From assembly GCA_944389645.1 (NCBI GenBank), contig CALXMZ010000013.1, positions 1 to 51,318 on the forward strand: a DNA stretch of 51,318 nucleotides, read 5' to 3'. The notes under the pieces were generated by a model that ran no database searches, had not been told where the DNA came from, and worked only from the letters and a program-made list of their open reading frames with translations. The position numbers and the translations under genes were made by a program. Positions 26,717 through 36,465 of this stretch are shown piece by piece; position 1 is the first letter of the stretch; the number at the start of each line of letters is the position of its first letter. Source of the DNA: an uncultured Alphaproteobacteria bacterium (lineage in GTDB: Bacteria; Pseudomonadota; Alphaproteobacteria; Rs-D84).

Positions 26717-28136
26717 ATTTTTTCTTAGGTTTATCGTTATCTTTGGTACTTTCTTTTTCTGCTTTTTCATCAACTTTATCATCAACTTCTTCTGAGAATT
26801 CTTCTATTTTTTCAATTCTTTTTTGTAATTTAGACATAGCGATTACCATATCCATACCTCGTTGCAACTGATAATCCAGAGCATCTTTTTCCTCGTCAGT
26901 TAATTCTTCATCATCTTCTTCTGATTTATTTGCTTTTTTATTCTTAGCATTTTCATTTTTCAAAGCATTTTTAAAAGAAGCTTCTGAATACATACTTTCT
27001 TTTTTTTCTAAGACTTCTACTTTACTTTGTAGAACTTCTACATCTGGTGTAATGCCTTCATTTTGAATTGAACGTCCACTAGGCGTATAATAACGTGCAA
27101 TAGTTATATGTATAGCCGTCCCATCTCCCAAAGGTTTCTGCTGTTGTACGCTTCCCTTTCCAAAGCTTTGACTTCCCATAACCAAAGCGCGCCCGTTATC
27201 TTGTAAGGCCCCTGCAACAATTTCTGAAGCAGATGCGGAACCATGATTTATTAACACGACAACAGGTTTACCTTTTGCAAGATCACCCTCTTTGGCATAA
27301 GATCGTTCAATATCTGTTTTATTTTTTCCTCTGGTAGAAACTATCTCACCGCCATCTAAAAACGCATCTGCAACTTCTATTGCAGCAGTCAAGTATCCTC
27401 CTGGATTATTACGCACATCTAAAACGTAACCTATAACATCTTTTTTTTCTAATTTTTCTAATGCCTCTTTCAATTCTTTAGCGGTTGTTGCTCCAAAATC
27501 AGAAATTCTTATATAACCAATTTTTTCGGCGTCTTCAGCCGCATCTGCCAGAGATTTCTCTTCATACTTTACAGAATCAACTTTTATTATTGCACGCTTT
27601 AAAGTCAAAGTTCTAGGTTCTTTCCCCTCAGAAACGATTGTTAGTTTAACTTTTGTTCCCGGACGCCCCTTCATTTTTTTGACGGCTTGGTTCAAAGTCA
27701 TATCAAAAACCTGCTCATCATCTATGTGAGTAATATAATCACCGGTTTTTATTCCCGCTTTATCAGCAGGCGTATCATCAATCGGAGAAATTACTCTTAC
27801 TGCCCCCCTATCACTTGTAATTTGAATTCCAAGCCCACCAAATTCACCATGTGATTTATCGTTAAATTCTTTAAAATCGTCCGCAGATAAATAAGAAGAA
27901 TGCGGATCAAGAGCACCAAGCATACCATTCATAGCAGCTTCAAGCATCTTTTTTTCATCAACTTCTTCTACGAATTCTTCACGAGCAGTCTCAAAAACCA
28001 ACGCTAGTTTTTTTAATTGTTCATATATTTGTTCATCAGTTAGATGCTCAATAGGTTCTTCTTTTTTTGTTTTATCTGCCGCAAAAGTCGCAACAGGGAT
28101 AACTAAAAACAAAAAAACAAATATTTTCTTTAACAT
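26715..28136 (-). CDS. ctpA: carboxy-terminal processing protease (S41 family)
   Basis: A signal peptide is followed by a PDZ segment (GLGIQIT..VISPIDDTPADKAGIKTGDYI). The catalytic Ser context is GSASASEIVAGALQD and the Lys context is FGKGSVQ. The C-terminal tail is K/E-rich. Confidence 0.92.
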   Translation of the reverse strand: MLKKIFVFLFLVIPVATFAADKTKKEEPIEHLTDEQIYEQLKKLALVFETAREEFVEEVDEKKMLEAAMNGMLGALDPHSSYLSADDFKEFNDKSHGEFGGLGIQITSDRGAVRVISPIDDTPADKAGIKTGDYITHIDDEQVFDMTLNQAVKKMKGRPGTKVKLTIVSEGKEPRTLTLKRAIIKVDSVKYEEKSLADAAEDAEKIGYIRISDFGATTAKELKEALEKLEKKDVIGYVLDVRNNPGGYLTAAIEVADAFLDGGEIVSTRGKNKTDIERSYAKEGDLAKGKPVVVLINHGSASASEIVAGALQDNGRALVMGSQSFGKGSVQQQKPLGDGTAIHITIARYYTPSGRSIQNEGITPDVEVLQSKVEVLEKKESMYSEASFKNALKNENAKNKKANKSEEDDEELTDEEKDALDYQLQRGMDMVIAMSKLQKRIEKIEEFSEEVDDKVDEKAEKESTKDNDKPKKK

Positions 28137-28229
28137 GAAACGATCCTTTCCTATACAATAAAGAACTTAACCGTTACAACCATAAAACAAAAACGAAGTC
28201 ATCGCAAGCCTGTTTTTGCAAAAACTATA

Positions 28230-28258
28230 TTGACAAAAATAACATTGTGTACTATATT
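28230..28258 (+). promoter_or_regulatory. putative promoter of the Fic gene
   Basis: The sequence reads TTGACA (28230-28235), a 17-nt spacer, then TATATT. Confidence 0.35.
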
Positions 28259-28282
28259 ATTGTAATAATGATAGGAAAAAAT

Positions 28283-29068
28283 ATGAAAAAGCCTCAACAA
28301 AAATCGGAATATGCAGAAAGTATCATATATAATATAAAAAAGAACGCAGATATTCGTTATGTAATTAGTAAAAATCACGAAAAAATTTGTACCTTATTAA
28401 ACGATAAAGCAAAAAAATTCTTAGAAGTTGACTGGATCCGTTATCAACTACACAAAGAAGCAGAAATTCTGATGCGAATTCCGTACATAACGAAAAGTAA
28501 AGAAAAAAATTTATGGCTTGATTATACGAATATAAAAAATATTGAGAAAGCGTTTGATTATATTCGTAGTCCTTCAGCTTTAAAAACGAAACTTACCCAC
28601 CTTGAAATAATTGACATACACCGTAGACTTGCAAATAAAACAAAAATAGAACCAGGGAGGTACCGTATTTCAAATGGCGTTTTCTTAATGGGGACAGACA
28701 TTTCAACTCCGGACTATAATAGAATAAACTTTATAATGGATGACATCGCTTTTCGTCTAACGAATGAAGAATCTCATAAAGATTATCTTACGCGTGCACT
28801 AGATTTTCATTATGAAATGTTTGCCGCCCAACCATTTGACGATTTTAATAAACGAACAGCAAGAGTCGTAATGAATTGGTTTTTATTGCAACATCAATGT
28901 GAACCAATTTTATTCAACTATAAAACAGATTACAAAAACTATGCGCTGGCATTAATTGCACGTGCCCATGGTGACTGTCGTACATATAATAAGTACATGC
29001 TTAACTGTCTTGTAAGAACGCAAGAAAACATCATTAAAATATTAAAAAAACATGCTATTAGCCGCTAA
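28283..29068 (+). CDS. Fic/DOC-fold protein with degenerate active-site motif
   Basis: ..HYEMFAAQPFDDFNKRTARVVMNWFLLQHQCEPILF.. aligns to the Fic core ..H..F..IHPF.DGNGR..R.....L. However, the motif reads QPFDDFNKRTAR, with Q in place of the catalytic H. The probable start is the ATG at 28283, preceded by an AGGAAA SD. Confidence 0.7.
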   Translation: MKKPQQKSEYAESIIYNIKKNADIRYVISKNHEKICTLLNDKAKKFLEVDWIRYQLHKEAEILMRIPYITKSKEKNLWLDYTNIKNIEKAFDYIRSPSALKTKLTHLEIIDIHRRLANKTKIEPGRYRISNGVFLMGTDISTPDYNRINFIMDDIAFRLTNEESHKDYLTRALDFHYEMFAAQPFDDFNKRTARVVMNWFLLQHQCEPILFNYKTDYKNYALALIARAHGDCRTYNKYMLNCLVRTQENIIKILKKHAISR

Positions 29069-29177
29069 CCGAATGATACGACATTAACAATCTAAGATTT
29101 CTTATTTTAATAAAATATTCTTTATACTGTTCTGTCGTATACAATAAAAAATAAATTATGAATTTATTAATAGATGT

Positions 29178-30257
29178 TTATTTTTGTTCTTTAAATAACT
29201 TTGCAGGATCAACAGCTTTATTTCCACGACGAACTTCAAGATACATTTCTGGTTTATTTGGATCCATTCTTCCTATGGGTTCTCCGGCTAACACTTCCTG
29301 CCCAAGCATTACATTTATAACTCCAAGATTGGTCATAACAGTGTTATAACCATTTTTATGAGACATTATAACAACTTTACCGAAACCTTTAAAACTATCT
29401 GCAAATTTAACTTCACCATCAGCAGGAGCCATAACCAACGCATCATCACGCACACGAATACGCCAACCATCTGATTTTAGACCCAGTGCCGTTTTTTCAC
29501 CGAAATGAACAACGACTTTACCTCTAACGGGTTGGTTTAATTTACGAAAAGAAAAACGTGAATCACCAGACATTTCAGAACTCCCAACGCCAGCAGATAA
29601 CTCAGATATAGTTTTTGCGCGCGCTGACAATTCACGCAATTTGTTTTGTAACTCGGACTGTTTAGTCCTTAACTGCTGATTTTGTACAGAACGAGCCCGC
29701 AATAATTTATTTAATTCATCTTTTTCCGTTGTATATTTTTTTGCCGTTCTATCTAATTTTTCTTTTTCAATAGCTCGTTGTTCTTTAATTTTTTCTAGCT
29801 CTTTAATTTTTTCAGTAGCAATTCGTATTTCATCATCAAGATTATCAGCAAAACCAGTTAATACAGAAGAACTTAAAACGTATTCGTGCATAGACTCTGA
29901 ATCAAAACTTGGATGCGATGCAATAAATAAAATTCTTGCTGCAGCATCGGCAATTTGTTCTTGGTTATTCAACAACTCTGCTTCTAATTTATTCTTTTGA
30001 GAATCTAATTCTTTTATTTTCCTTTCAACTATATTACGTTGTTCCTCAAGAGAACTTACTTTATCTGCAGTTTTGACTAACTTTTTTTTAGTTTCTGCAA
30101 CATCCTTATCAGAAATTTTTACTTGTTGCTCTAATTTTTTATTTTGCTGTTCAGTTTTTTTTATCTGAGCCTGAATCTGAGACAATTCACTAGCGGCATA
30201 AACCGACTGCCCCAGACTTACAAATAATAAAGAAAAAATAATACATAACTTTTTCAT
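29178..30257 (-). CDS. EnvC-like murein hydrolase activator (coiled coil plus degenerate LytM/M23 domain)
   Basis: A signal peptide is followed by a long coiled coil and a C-terminal LytM fold lacking the HxxxD and HxH metal ligands (..GWRIRVRDDALVMAPADGEV.. and ..PEMYLEVRRGNKAVDP). Confidence 0.8.
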   Translation of the reverse strand: MKKLCIIFSLLFVSLGQSVYAASELSQIQAQIKKTEQQNKKLEQQVKISDKDVAETKKKLVKTADKVSSLEEQRNIVERKIKELDSQKNKLEAELLNNQEQIADAAARILFIASHPSFDSESMHEYVLSSSVLTGFADNLDDEIRIATEKIKELEKIKEQRAIEKEKLDRTAKKYTTEKDELNKLLRARSVQNQQLRTKQSELQNKLRELSARAKTISELSAGVGSSEMSGDSRFSFRKLNQPVRGKVVVHFGEKTALGLKSDGWRIRVRDDALVMAPADGEVKFADSFKGFGKVVIMSHKNGYNTVMTNLGVINVMLGQEVLAGEPIGRMDPNKPEMYLEVRRGNKAVDPAKLFKEQK

Positions 30258-31474
30258 TATTTCTTTTTTATGACTCGCAAAAACGTTTTTTTACCTTTCT
30301 GTATAAGAAATTCCTTTGCTAAATCAAGTTCAGATTTCCAATCTGTTATTTTCTTACCGTTAATTTGAATTCCCCCCTGCTCAACCATTCTTCGGGCTTC
30401 CGACTTAGAAGTAAATAAAGTGGATGCAATTAAGAAATCAATAATCCCTATATTATCTTTTATCTTAAGCTCTATTGTCGGAATATTCTCAGAATTTCTG
30501 CTTCCTTCGAATAACGCCAAAGCTGATTCTTCGGCCGATACCGCAGCTTCATGACCATGAGCAATTTCTGTTGCAGCAAAAGCAAGCACTTTTTTTGCTT
30601 CATTTAATTCTGCACCTTGCAATTTTGATAATCTTGCAATTTCGTCCAATGGTATTTCTGTAAATATCTTTAAGAATTTATCTACTAAATCATCAGGAAC
30701 GTTTCTAAAATATTGATAGTATTCATATGGTGAAGTTTTATCTTCATTTACAAAAACAGCGTTACCTGCAGATTTACCGATTTTTTCTCCTTTTGAGTCA
30801 GTTATAATGGACGTCGAAAGAACAAAAGCCTCTTTACCAAGTTTTTTTCTTATTAATTCGACCCCCATTATACTATTACCCCATTGATCAGCACCGCAGA
30901 ACTGCAATATACAGTTGTATTTTTTGTACAAAGTCAGAAAATCAACCGCTTGAAAAGTCATATAATTAAATTCTAAGAAAGTCATACCATTTTCCAGACG
31001 ACGCTTCACACTTTCCATAGACAACATTCTTGGAACGGTAAAATCCGTACCGAACTGAGTTAAAAAATCTAAATGATTATAATCTTTCATCCAATCATAA
31101 TTATCCACCATAATTGCATCGGTATCACCGTCACCAAAAGTTACAAATTTAGATATTGACTTACGAAGCCCTGCACAATTCTTCTCGATCTGTTCATCTG
31201 TTAACATAGGTCGACCTTTATCACGTCCAGAGGGGTCTCCGATACGTCCTGTTGCACCACCTACTAATAATATCGGTTTATGTCCATATTTCTGAAACCA
31301 GCGCATAAACATCAAAGAAGCTAAATGACCGACATGTAAAGAATCCCCCGTAGGGTCTGTACCCCAATACCCGACAACTTTACCAGCATTTAAAGCATCA
31401 TTTAAACCTTCTAAATTTGATGCCTGATTTAAAAAACCACGCGCTTCCAATTCTTTTAAAAGTTCATTTTTCAT
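30257..31474 (-). CDS. tyrS: tyrosine--tRNA ligase
   Basis: The HIGH motif is HVGH and the KMSKS-like motif is KIGKS. A C-terminal S4-like domain is present. The stop overlaps the start of the downstream gene by 1 nt (TAATG). Confidence 0.95.
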   Translation of the reverse strand: MKNELLKELEARGFLNQASNLEGLNDALNAGKVVGYWGTDPTGDSLHVGHLASLMFMRWFQKYGHKPILLVGGATGRIGDPSGRDKGRPMLTDEQIEKNCAGLRKSISKFVTFGDGDTDAIMVDNYDWMKDYNHLDFLTQFGTDFTVPRMLSMESVKRRLENGMTFLEFNYMTFQAVDFLTLYKKYNCILQFCGADQWGNSIMGVELIRKKLGKEAFVLSTSIITDSKGEKIGKSAGNAVFVNEDKTSPYEYYQYFRNVPDDLVDKFLKIFTEIPLDEIARLSKLQGAELNEAKKVLAFAATEIAHGHEAAVSAEESALALFEGSRNSENIPTIELKIKDNIGIIDFLIASTLFTSKSEARRMVEQGGIQINGKKITDWKSELDLAKEFLIQKGKKTFLRVIKKK

Positions 31475-31543
31475 CTATAAAGTCCTTTTATGCAAATGAT
31501 AGCAAAGTTTACTTACTGTTGCAACTCTTAGCGAACAAAAACA

Positions 31544-31565
31544 AATCCGACCATAATGCCGGATT
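31544..31565 (-). terminator. possible terminator after tsf
   Basis: On the minus strand a 6-bp stem aatccg/cggatt with a 10-nt loop is followed by tgtttttgtt. The stem is weak. Confidence 0.35.
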
Positions 31566-31597
31566 CGTATAATTTTAATTTTCAGCAAAGTATAAAA

Positions 31598-32467
31598 TTA
31601 ACCCAGCATTTTTGCAACTTCATCAGCTAAATTATCTTCACGCTTCTGAATACCTTCACCAAGTACATAATATGCAAAACCTGCCAATTTACCACCAGCT
31701 TCTTCAACAACCTGCTTTACGGTCTTAGAAGGATCCATAACAAATGGTTGTTCTTCTAGAACAGTTTCTGCATAATATTTCTGTATGCGACCGTTTACCA
31801 TTTTTTCTACGACCTGCTCTGGTTTACCAGCAGTTGCGCCAGATTCAATGAATACCTTTTTCTCGCGTTCAACAGCGACAGGATCTACATCAGCAATTGT
31901 CATAAATTCTGGTTTGTTTGCAGCTATATGCATAGCAATTTTATTACCGATTTCATTTATCTTCTCAGAATCACCATTTATTGCAACAGCAACGCCTATT
32001 TGCCCCATACCCGGAACCAAGGCATTATGAATATATGTATAAATATGATCCCCAGAAACCTTTGCAATACGGCGCAAATTCATATTTTCACCGATTGTGG
32101 AAATCGTTGCGGCAATATCATCTTTAACTGCGGCTAAAGTTGCATCAAAATCCCCCTTTAATTCCAAAGCTTTACCGGCAACGTCGGCAACTAATTTCTG
32201 GAATTTATCGTTTTTCGCAACAAAATCTGTTTCCGCATTCAATTCGACGACGCACCCCAAATTATCGCACTTTACAACTGTTACTAAACCAGATGCGGCA
32301 ACGCGCCCCGCTTTTGAGGCCGCTTTTACAATACCCTTCTGACGCAACCAATCAGCAGCGGCTTCAATATCACCATTATTTTCGATCAAAGCTTTTTTAC
32401 AATCCATCATACCTGCAGATGTTTTTTCACGCAATTCTTGAATTAATTTTGCTGTTATTTCTGCCAT
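31598..32467 (-). CDS. tsf: translation elongation factor Ts
   Basis: The protein begins MAEITAKLIQELREKTSAGMMDCKKAL.. It is 289 aa long and lies downstream of rpsB, as in most bacteria. Confidence 0.96.
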   Translation of the reverse strand: MAEITAKLIQELREKTSAGMMDCKKALIENNGDIEAAADWLRQKGIVKAASKAGRVAASGLVTVVKCDNLGCVVELNAETDFVAKNDKFQKLVADVAGKALELKGDFDATLAAVKDDIAATISTIGENMNLRRIAKVSGDHIYTYIHNALVPGMGQIGVAVAINGDSEKINEIGNKIAMHIAANKPEFMTIADVDPVAVEREKKVFIESGATAGKPEQVVEKMVNGRIQKYYAETVLEEQPFVMDPSKTVKQVVEEAGGKLAGFAYYVLGEGIQKREDNLADEVAKMLG

Positions 32468-32579
32468 TGTGTTTCTCCCATAATTTTTACTTTAATTTTT
32501 TATAAGCTAATGCGATACAGAAATTTACAGATCTTATAAAGCATTAGCTTTACATACAATTAACAGACGAGTGTTAAAA

Positions 32580-33440
32580 TTATTTATCAGCTTTTTCTGC
32601 TTTTTCAGCTAATTTACCGCGACGTTCTGCACGAGCTTCAGAAGTTTTAGATTTTTTACGAGCTTCTTTTTCTTTAACCTCATCTTCAAAATCTTCGGCA
32701 ACTGCAGTAGCCATATCAGACTCTACTTTTTTACCGGTAGCCCCCCCCAAACGTTTTTCGATACCAGACAATATAGCATCAACAAATAAATCGCAATATA
32801 ATTGCATTGCTCTTGAAGCATCATCATTACCTGGAACTGGGTAATCAACCATTTCTGGGTTAGCATTTGTATCACAAATTGCAATTGTCGGTATATCCAA
32901 ATTCTTCGCTTCACGCACGGCGTTCATTTCACGGGGAACGTCTATTACGATCATTGCCTGAGGAATACCATGCATTTCCAAAATTCCACCAAAAACGTCA
33001 CGTAACTTTTCAACTTCTTTGGTCATTACACCGACTTCTTTTTTAGTCAACCCTAATTTATCGGCGTTTTCTATATCAGACTCCATCTTTTTAAGACGAC
33101 GTATTGATTGAGACACAGTTGTCCAATTAGTCAACATTCCACCCAACCAACGATTATTTACATAAAACTGCCCGCAACGTTCTGCTGCATCCTTAACAAT
33201 ATCTTTTGCTTGATGTTTAGTTGCAACAAACAAAATCTTACCACCTGCAGCCGCAATTGCTTCCAAAGCAACCAACGAACGATGCAATAATGGTGCAGTC
33301 TTATTCAAATTAATTATATGTATTTTATCTTTCACACCGTAAACATATGGCGTCATCAAAGGGTTCCAACGACGTGTATGATGACCGAAATGTACTCCTG
33401 CTTCCATAAGCTGCTTCATAGAAAATGTTGGCAATGCCAT
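32580..33440 (-). CDS. rpsB: 30S ribosomal protein S2
   Basis: The protein reads ..MKQLMEAGVHFGHHTRRWNP.. and has a K/E-rich C-terminal extension. Confidence 0.96.
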   Translation of the reverse strand: MALPTFSMKQLMEAGVHFGHHTRRWNPLMTPYVYGVKDKIHIINLNKTAPLLHRSLVALEAIAAAGGKILFVATKHQAKDIVKDAAERCGQFYVNNRWLGGMLTNWTTVSQSIRRLKKMESDIENADKLGLTKKEVGVMTKEVEKLRDVFGGILEMHGIPQAMIVIDVPREMNAVREAKNLDIPTIAICDTNANPEMVDYPVPGNDDASRAMQLYCDLFVDAILSGIEKRLGGATGKKVESDMATAVAEDFEDEVKEKEARKKSKTSEARAERRGKLAEKAEKADK

Positions 33441-33669
33441 GATTTTATCCTTTTTTCTGTTGTTATCCTCACCGTCAGTAAAAAAGCCGGATTAACCACC
33501 CAGACAGAAACTAAACTAAACTAAACGGTTGTGTCATTCACTCTAAACAGAGCGTGAGTTTATATTATCCTCAAAACCACAAGAAATCAAGAAAAAATTA
33601 AACAAAATGAATAAATTAATAAACCACTAAAAAAGTTGACAAAATAAATTTGTATAATAATATAAAAAT

Positions 33670-35511
33670 ATGAAATTATCAAAAACGATCATCATAAGCG
33701 TAATAACATCAACGCTAATTACAAGAAACGTCATTGCTTTTGATTACAAAAGCTGTTCAGAAGTTTCATATTATGAAGAAAACAAAGAAAAATGTGATTT
33801 AAACGAAAGCTTTACAAATACCGCTTTAAAAACAATAAGTGGTATTGCTTTAATTGGTGGCGCAGCAGCATTAATAAACCTAGCAAGCAATAAATCTTTT
33901 TCTCATTCTAACGAAGAGAACTTTTACGTTCAACCCACAATTTCTACATATAATATGGTTGGGGGCGACGTTGAATCCGTCCATTTGGCAGAATCAATGA
34001 GTTCTCAGGATTATATAAAAAATGCAGACCAATATAATGATATAAGACTGGCGTATTCTTTGGCTCGCGGTTTTACAGGCAAAGGCTCTGAAATAGCAAT
34101 TTTAGATGCAGGTCTTGATAGCATACATGGTCAAGCAGTTGCAGCTATCGCGTCTGGTCCAATTGCACCAGATGCGAACGTAAGCTCATATAAAATTGCA
34201 AACAATTTAGATTTCATATCCTACAAAGAAATAGGAGAAATAATTAATTCAAATCAGACGGCAAATATTTTTAATTCTAGCTGGTCGGTATCAATGAGCG
34301 CTTCAGCTTTAAAATCTCGTAACCAACTGATACAACTAACAGACAGAAATTTTGTAGACAGTTTATCAAATGCAGCGATAAAACGCGATGCAATATTTGT
34401 TTGGGCAGCAGGTAACGATTCTAAATCTCAAAGTAGCGCCTTATCTGCGATACCAATTGTTATGCCGGAATTAAAAGGTCATTTTATAAATGTAGTGGCA
34501 TGGGATAGTTCAACAGGTCAATTAGCAGAATATAGCAACAAGTGCGGTATAACGAAAGAATATTGCATAACAGCCCCAGGCAGCAATATAAATACAGGCA
34601 ACGGTCAGAAAAGTGGTACAAGTTTTGCAGCTCCGATAGTATCAGCTGCGATTGCTGTACTTAAAGAGGCTTTCCCATATATGTCATCTCCAGAAATCAC
34701 TGAATTACTGTTCAGTACTGCCAGAGATCTTGGCACACCAGGTATCGATGAGATATATGGTCATGGCATGCTAGATTTAGAACGTGCGACCAGACCTGTT
34801 GGAGCAAATTTAGTTCCAATCAAAGATACAAATACCATGCTACCGTTACGTGCTGCTAATATATCTGCACCAATTGCAGAAAAAATAAAATCGGAAAATA
34901 TAACTTTCGCATTTTTTGATAGCTTTGGTAGAAATTTTGATACAAAACTATCCGATAACATATCAAGCTATTCTATGGGGAAAGCATTTAAAAAATTAAC
35001 CTCACAAGAAGAAATAATCTATTTTTCTTTAAACAACCTTGAATTCGGATTAAAAAGCACTGATTTATTTTTAAGTGATGGTTTTCTGCAAACTAAAGAT
35101 GAGAATTTACTTAGTTTTATAGGTACTTACAATGAAATAAAAATTAACGAAATCACATTATTTAACCGTTTACGAATAGGTATTTCCAGCCCTAAACCAG
35201 AAACAGATTCATTAATAACAGACTTTTCTAATATATATACAACATCGTTTAGCACAGGTATCAAATTCAAAGATTTTACTTTTAGTTTAGCAATACCAGA
35301 CACAATAATTTATGGGGGAATGAGTTTACAAGTACCATACGGACAAGATACTAACCGACATATACTATACAAAAAATACTCAATAGACTTAAGAAGTCAA
35401 CCGTCAATAGAATATTCTTTATCATACAGAAATATTACGACAGGCTTTATAGACAACCCGTTTAGTAAAAACGAATTCTATATAATAACAAAAGGTAAAA
35501 TAAATTTTTAA
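33670..35511 (+). CDS. subtilisin-like (S8) serine protease with autotransporter-type C-terminal barrel
   Basis: The catalytic triad contexts are AILDAGLD (Asp), HGQAVAAIASG (His) and GTSFAAPIVSAAIAVL (Ser). The C-terminal ~230 aa is beta-rich and ends ..KGKINF. A signal peptide is present. Confidence 0.85.
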   Translation: MKLSKTIIISVITSTLITRNVIAFDYKSCSEVSYYEENKEKCDLNESFTNTALKTISGIALIGGAAALINLASNKSFSHSNEENFYVQPTISTYNMVGGDVESVHLAESMSSQDYIKNADQYNDIRLAYSLARGFTGKGSEIAILDAGLDSIHGQAVAAIASGPIAPDANVSSYKIANNLDFISYKEIGEIINSNQTANIFNSSWSVSMSASALKSRNQLIQLTDRNFVDSLSNAAIKRDAIFVWAAGNDSKSQSSALSAIPIVMPELKGHFINVVAWDSSTGQLAEYSNKCGITKEYCITAPGSNINTGNGQKSGTSFAAPIVSAAIAVLKEAFPYMSSPEITELLFSTARDLGTPGIDEIYGHGMLDLERATRPVGANLVPIKDTNTMLPLRAANISAPIAEKIKSENITFAFFDSFGRNFDTKLSDNISSYSMGKAFKKLTSQEEIIYFSLNNLEFGLKSTDLFLSDGFLQTKDENLLSFIGTYNEIKINEITLFNRLRIGISSPKPETDSLITDFSNIYTTSFSTGIKFKDFTFSLAIPDTIIYGGMSLQVPYGQDTNRHILYKKYSIDLRSQPSIEYSLSYRNITTGFIDNPFSKNEFYIITKGKINF

Positions 35512-36407
35512 TTTAATAAAAATTTTGTTATATAGTTAAAAGATATCCCAAATATCAAATTACTACCATATACACTAGCGCCTTTTGACTTAGCTAATCT
35601 ATACTGAGCATACGGTCCCATAGTAAAACCACCCCACAAATTTGTATCCATTCTTATTATAAAATTAAAATCTCGCTCTAAATCTGTAGATATATATTCA
35701 GAATAAACGAAATATTGTCGATAATAACTATCCAAAGAAAACCTTACACCTTTTCTTAATTCATATTCTAACCTTCCCCCAACTCCCAAACCTAGCTTAC
35801 TATTTTGCTTATGCGCATAAGTAAAATCGTACTCGTATATACCTACCAAATACAAACTTTTAATAATATCATGATCAAACAAAGAAAACCCCATACTAAA
35901 TCTATTTACGTTTTGCCGAGGATTTTCATCGCTATTAGTAAATTGTGTCTCGTAAGCCTCACGAAATGTTGGCCCAAGTTTTAAACCGAAAAAACTCCAA
36001 CAATTATAAGAAAAATTACTATATAACAAAATTTTATCCAAATTCTCATCTTTTACTGGGGGCGCATTATAAGGTTTTAATGTAGTTTTACTATATTCCA
36101 TAAACAAACCGTTATCCCAATTAAATTTTTCTTTAACATATTCTAAAACAGTATCAAAAACGCCCTTTATATATTCCTGACTGGTCGCACTTAAAGAAGA
36201 AACAGGAGAATCTAAATAATATTCAGAATTATTCACCTTCGTTTTAGAAAAATCTAAACCAATTCGTCTTATCGATAGAATTAAATTTGACTTATTAGAA
36301 TTTATCTTTTGGATATCTTCTGCAAATACAACTGTATAAGGGCAAAAAACCAGCGCAAAAATTACAAATAACTTTTTCAATTTTGAACCCCTAATATATA
36401 AACACAA
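35508..36407 (-). CDS. outer-membrane beta-barrel protein, DUF3078-like (tentative)
   Basis: A signal peptide is followed by alternating aromatic/hydrophobic strands. The true start is possibly the TTG at 36380 (KKLFVIFALVF..). The family assignment is from memory only. Confidence 0.65.
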   Translation of the reverse strand: MCLYIRGSKLKKLFVIFALVFCPYTVVFAEDIQKINSNKSNLILSIRRIGLDFSKTKVNNSEYYLDSPVSSLSATSQEYIKGVFDTVLEYVKEKFNWDNGLFMEYSKTTLKPYNAPPVKDENLDKILLYSNFSYNCWSFFGLKLGPTFREAYETQFTNSDENPRQNVNRFSMGFSLFDHDIIKSLYLVGIYEYDFTYAHKQNSKLGLGVGGRLEYELRKGVRFSLDSYYRQYFVYSEYISTDLERDFNFIIRMDTNLWGGFTMGPYAQYRLAKSKGASVYGSNLIFGISFNYITKFLLN

Positions 36408-36465
36408 AAAAATACGCTTAACGTAATTTATATATTAGAAAATTAAATGCGAAAAAGCTTTAAGA

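Noticed and set aside
32741-32748. A C8/G8 homopolymer, considered as a phase-variation tract.
   Set aside because: It lies inside essential rpsB, encoding in-frame Gly-Gly in the C-terminal extension. There is no reason to expect on/off switching, though it is a possible sequencing-error hotspot.
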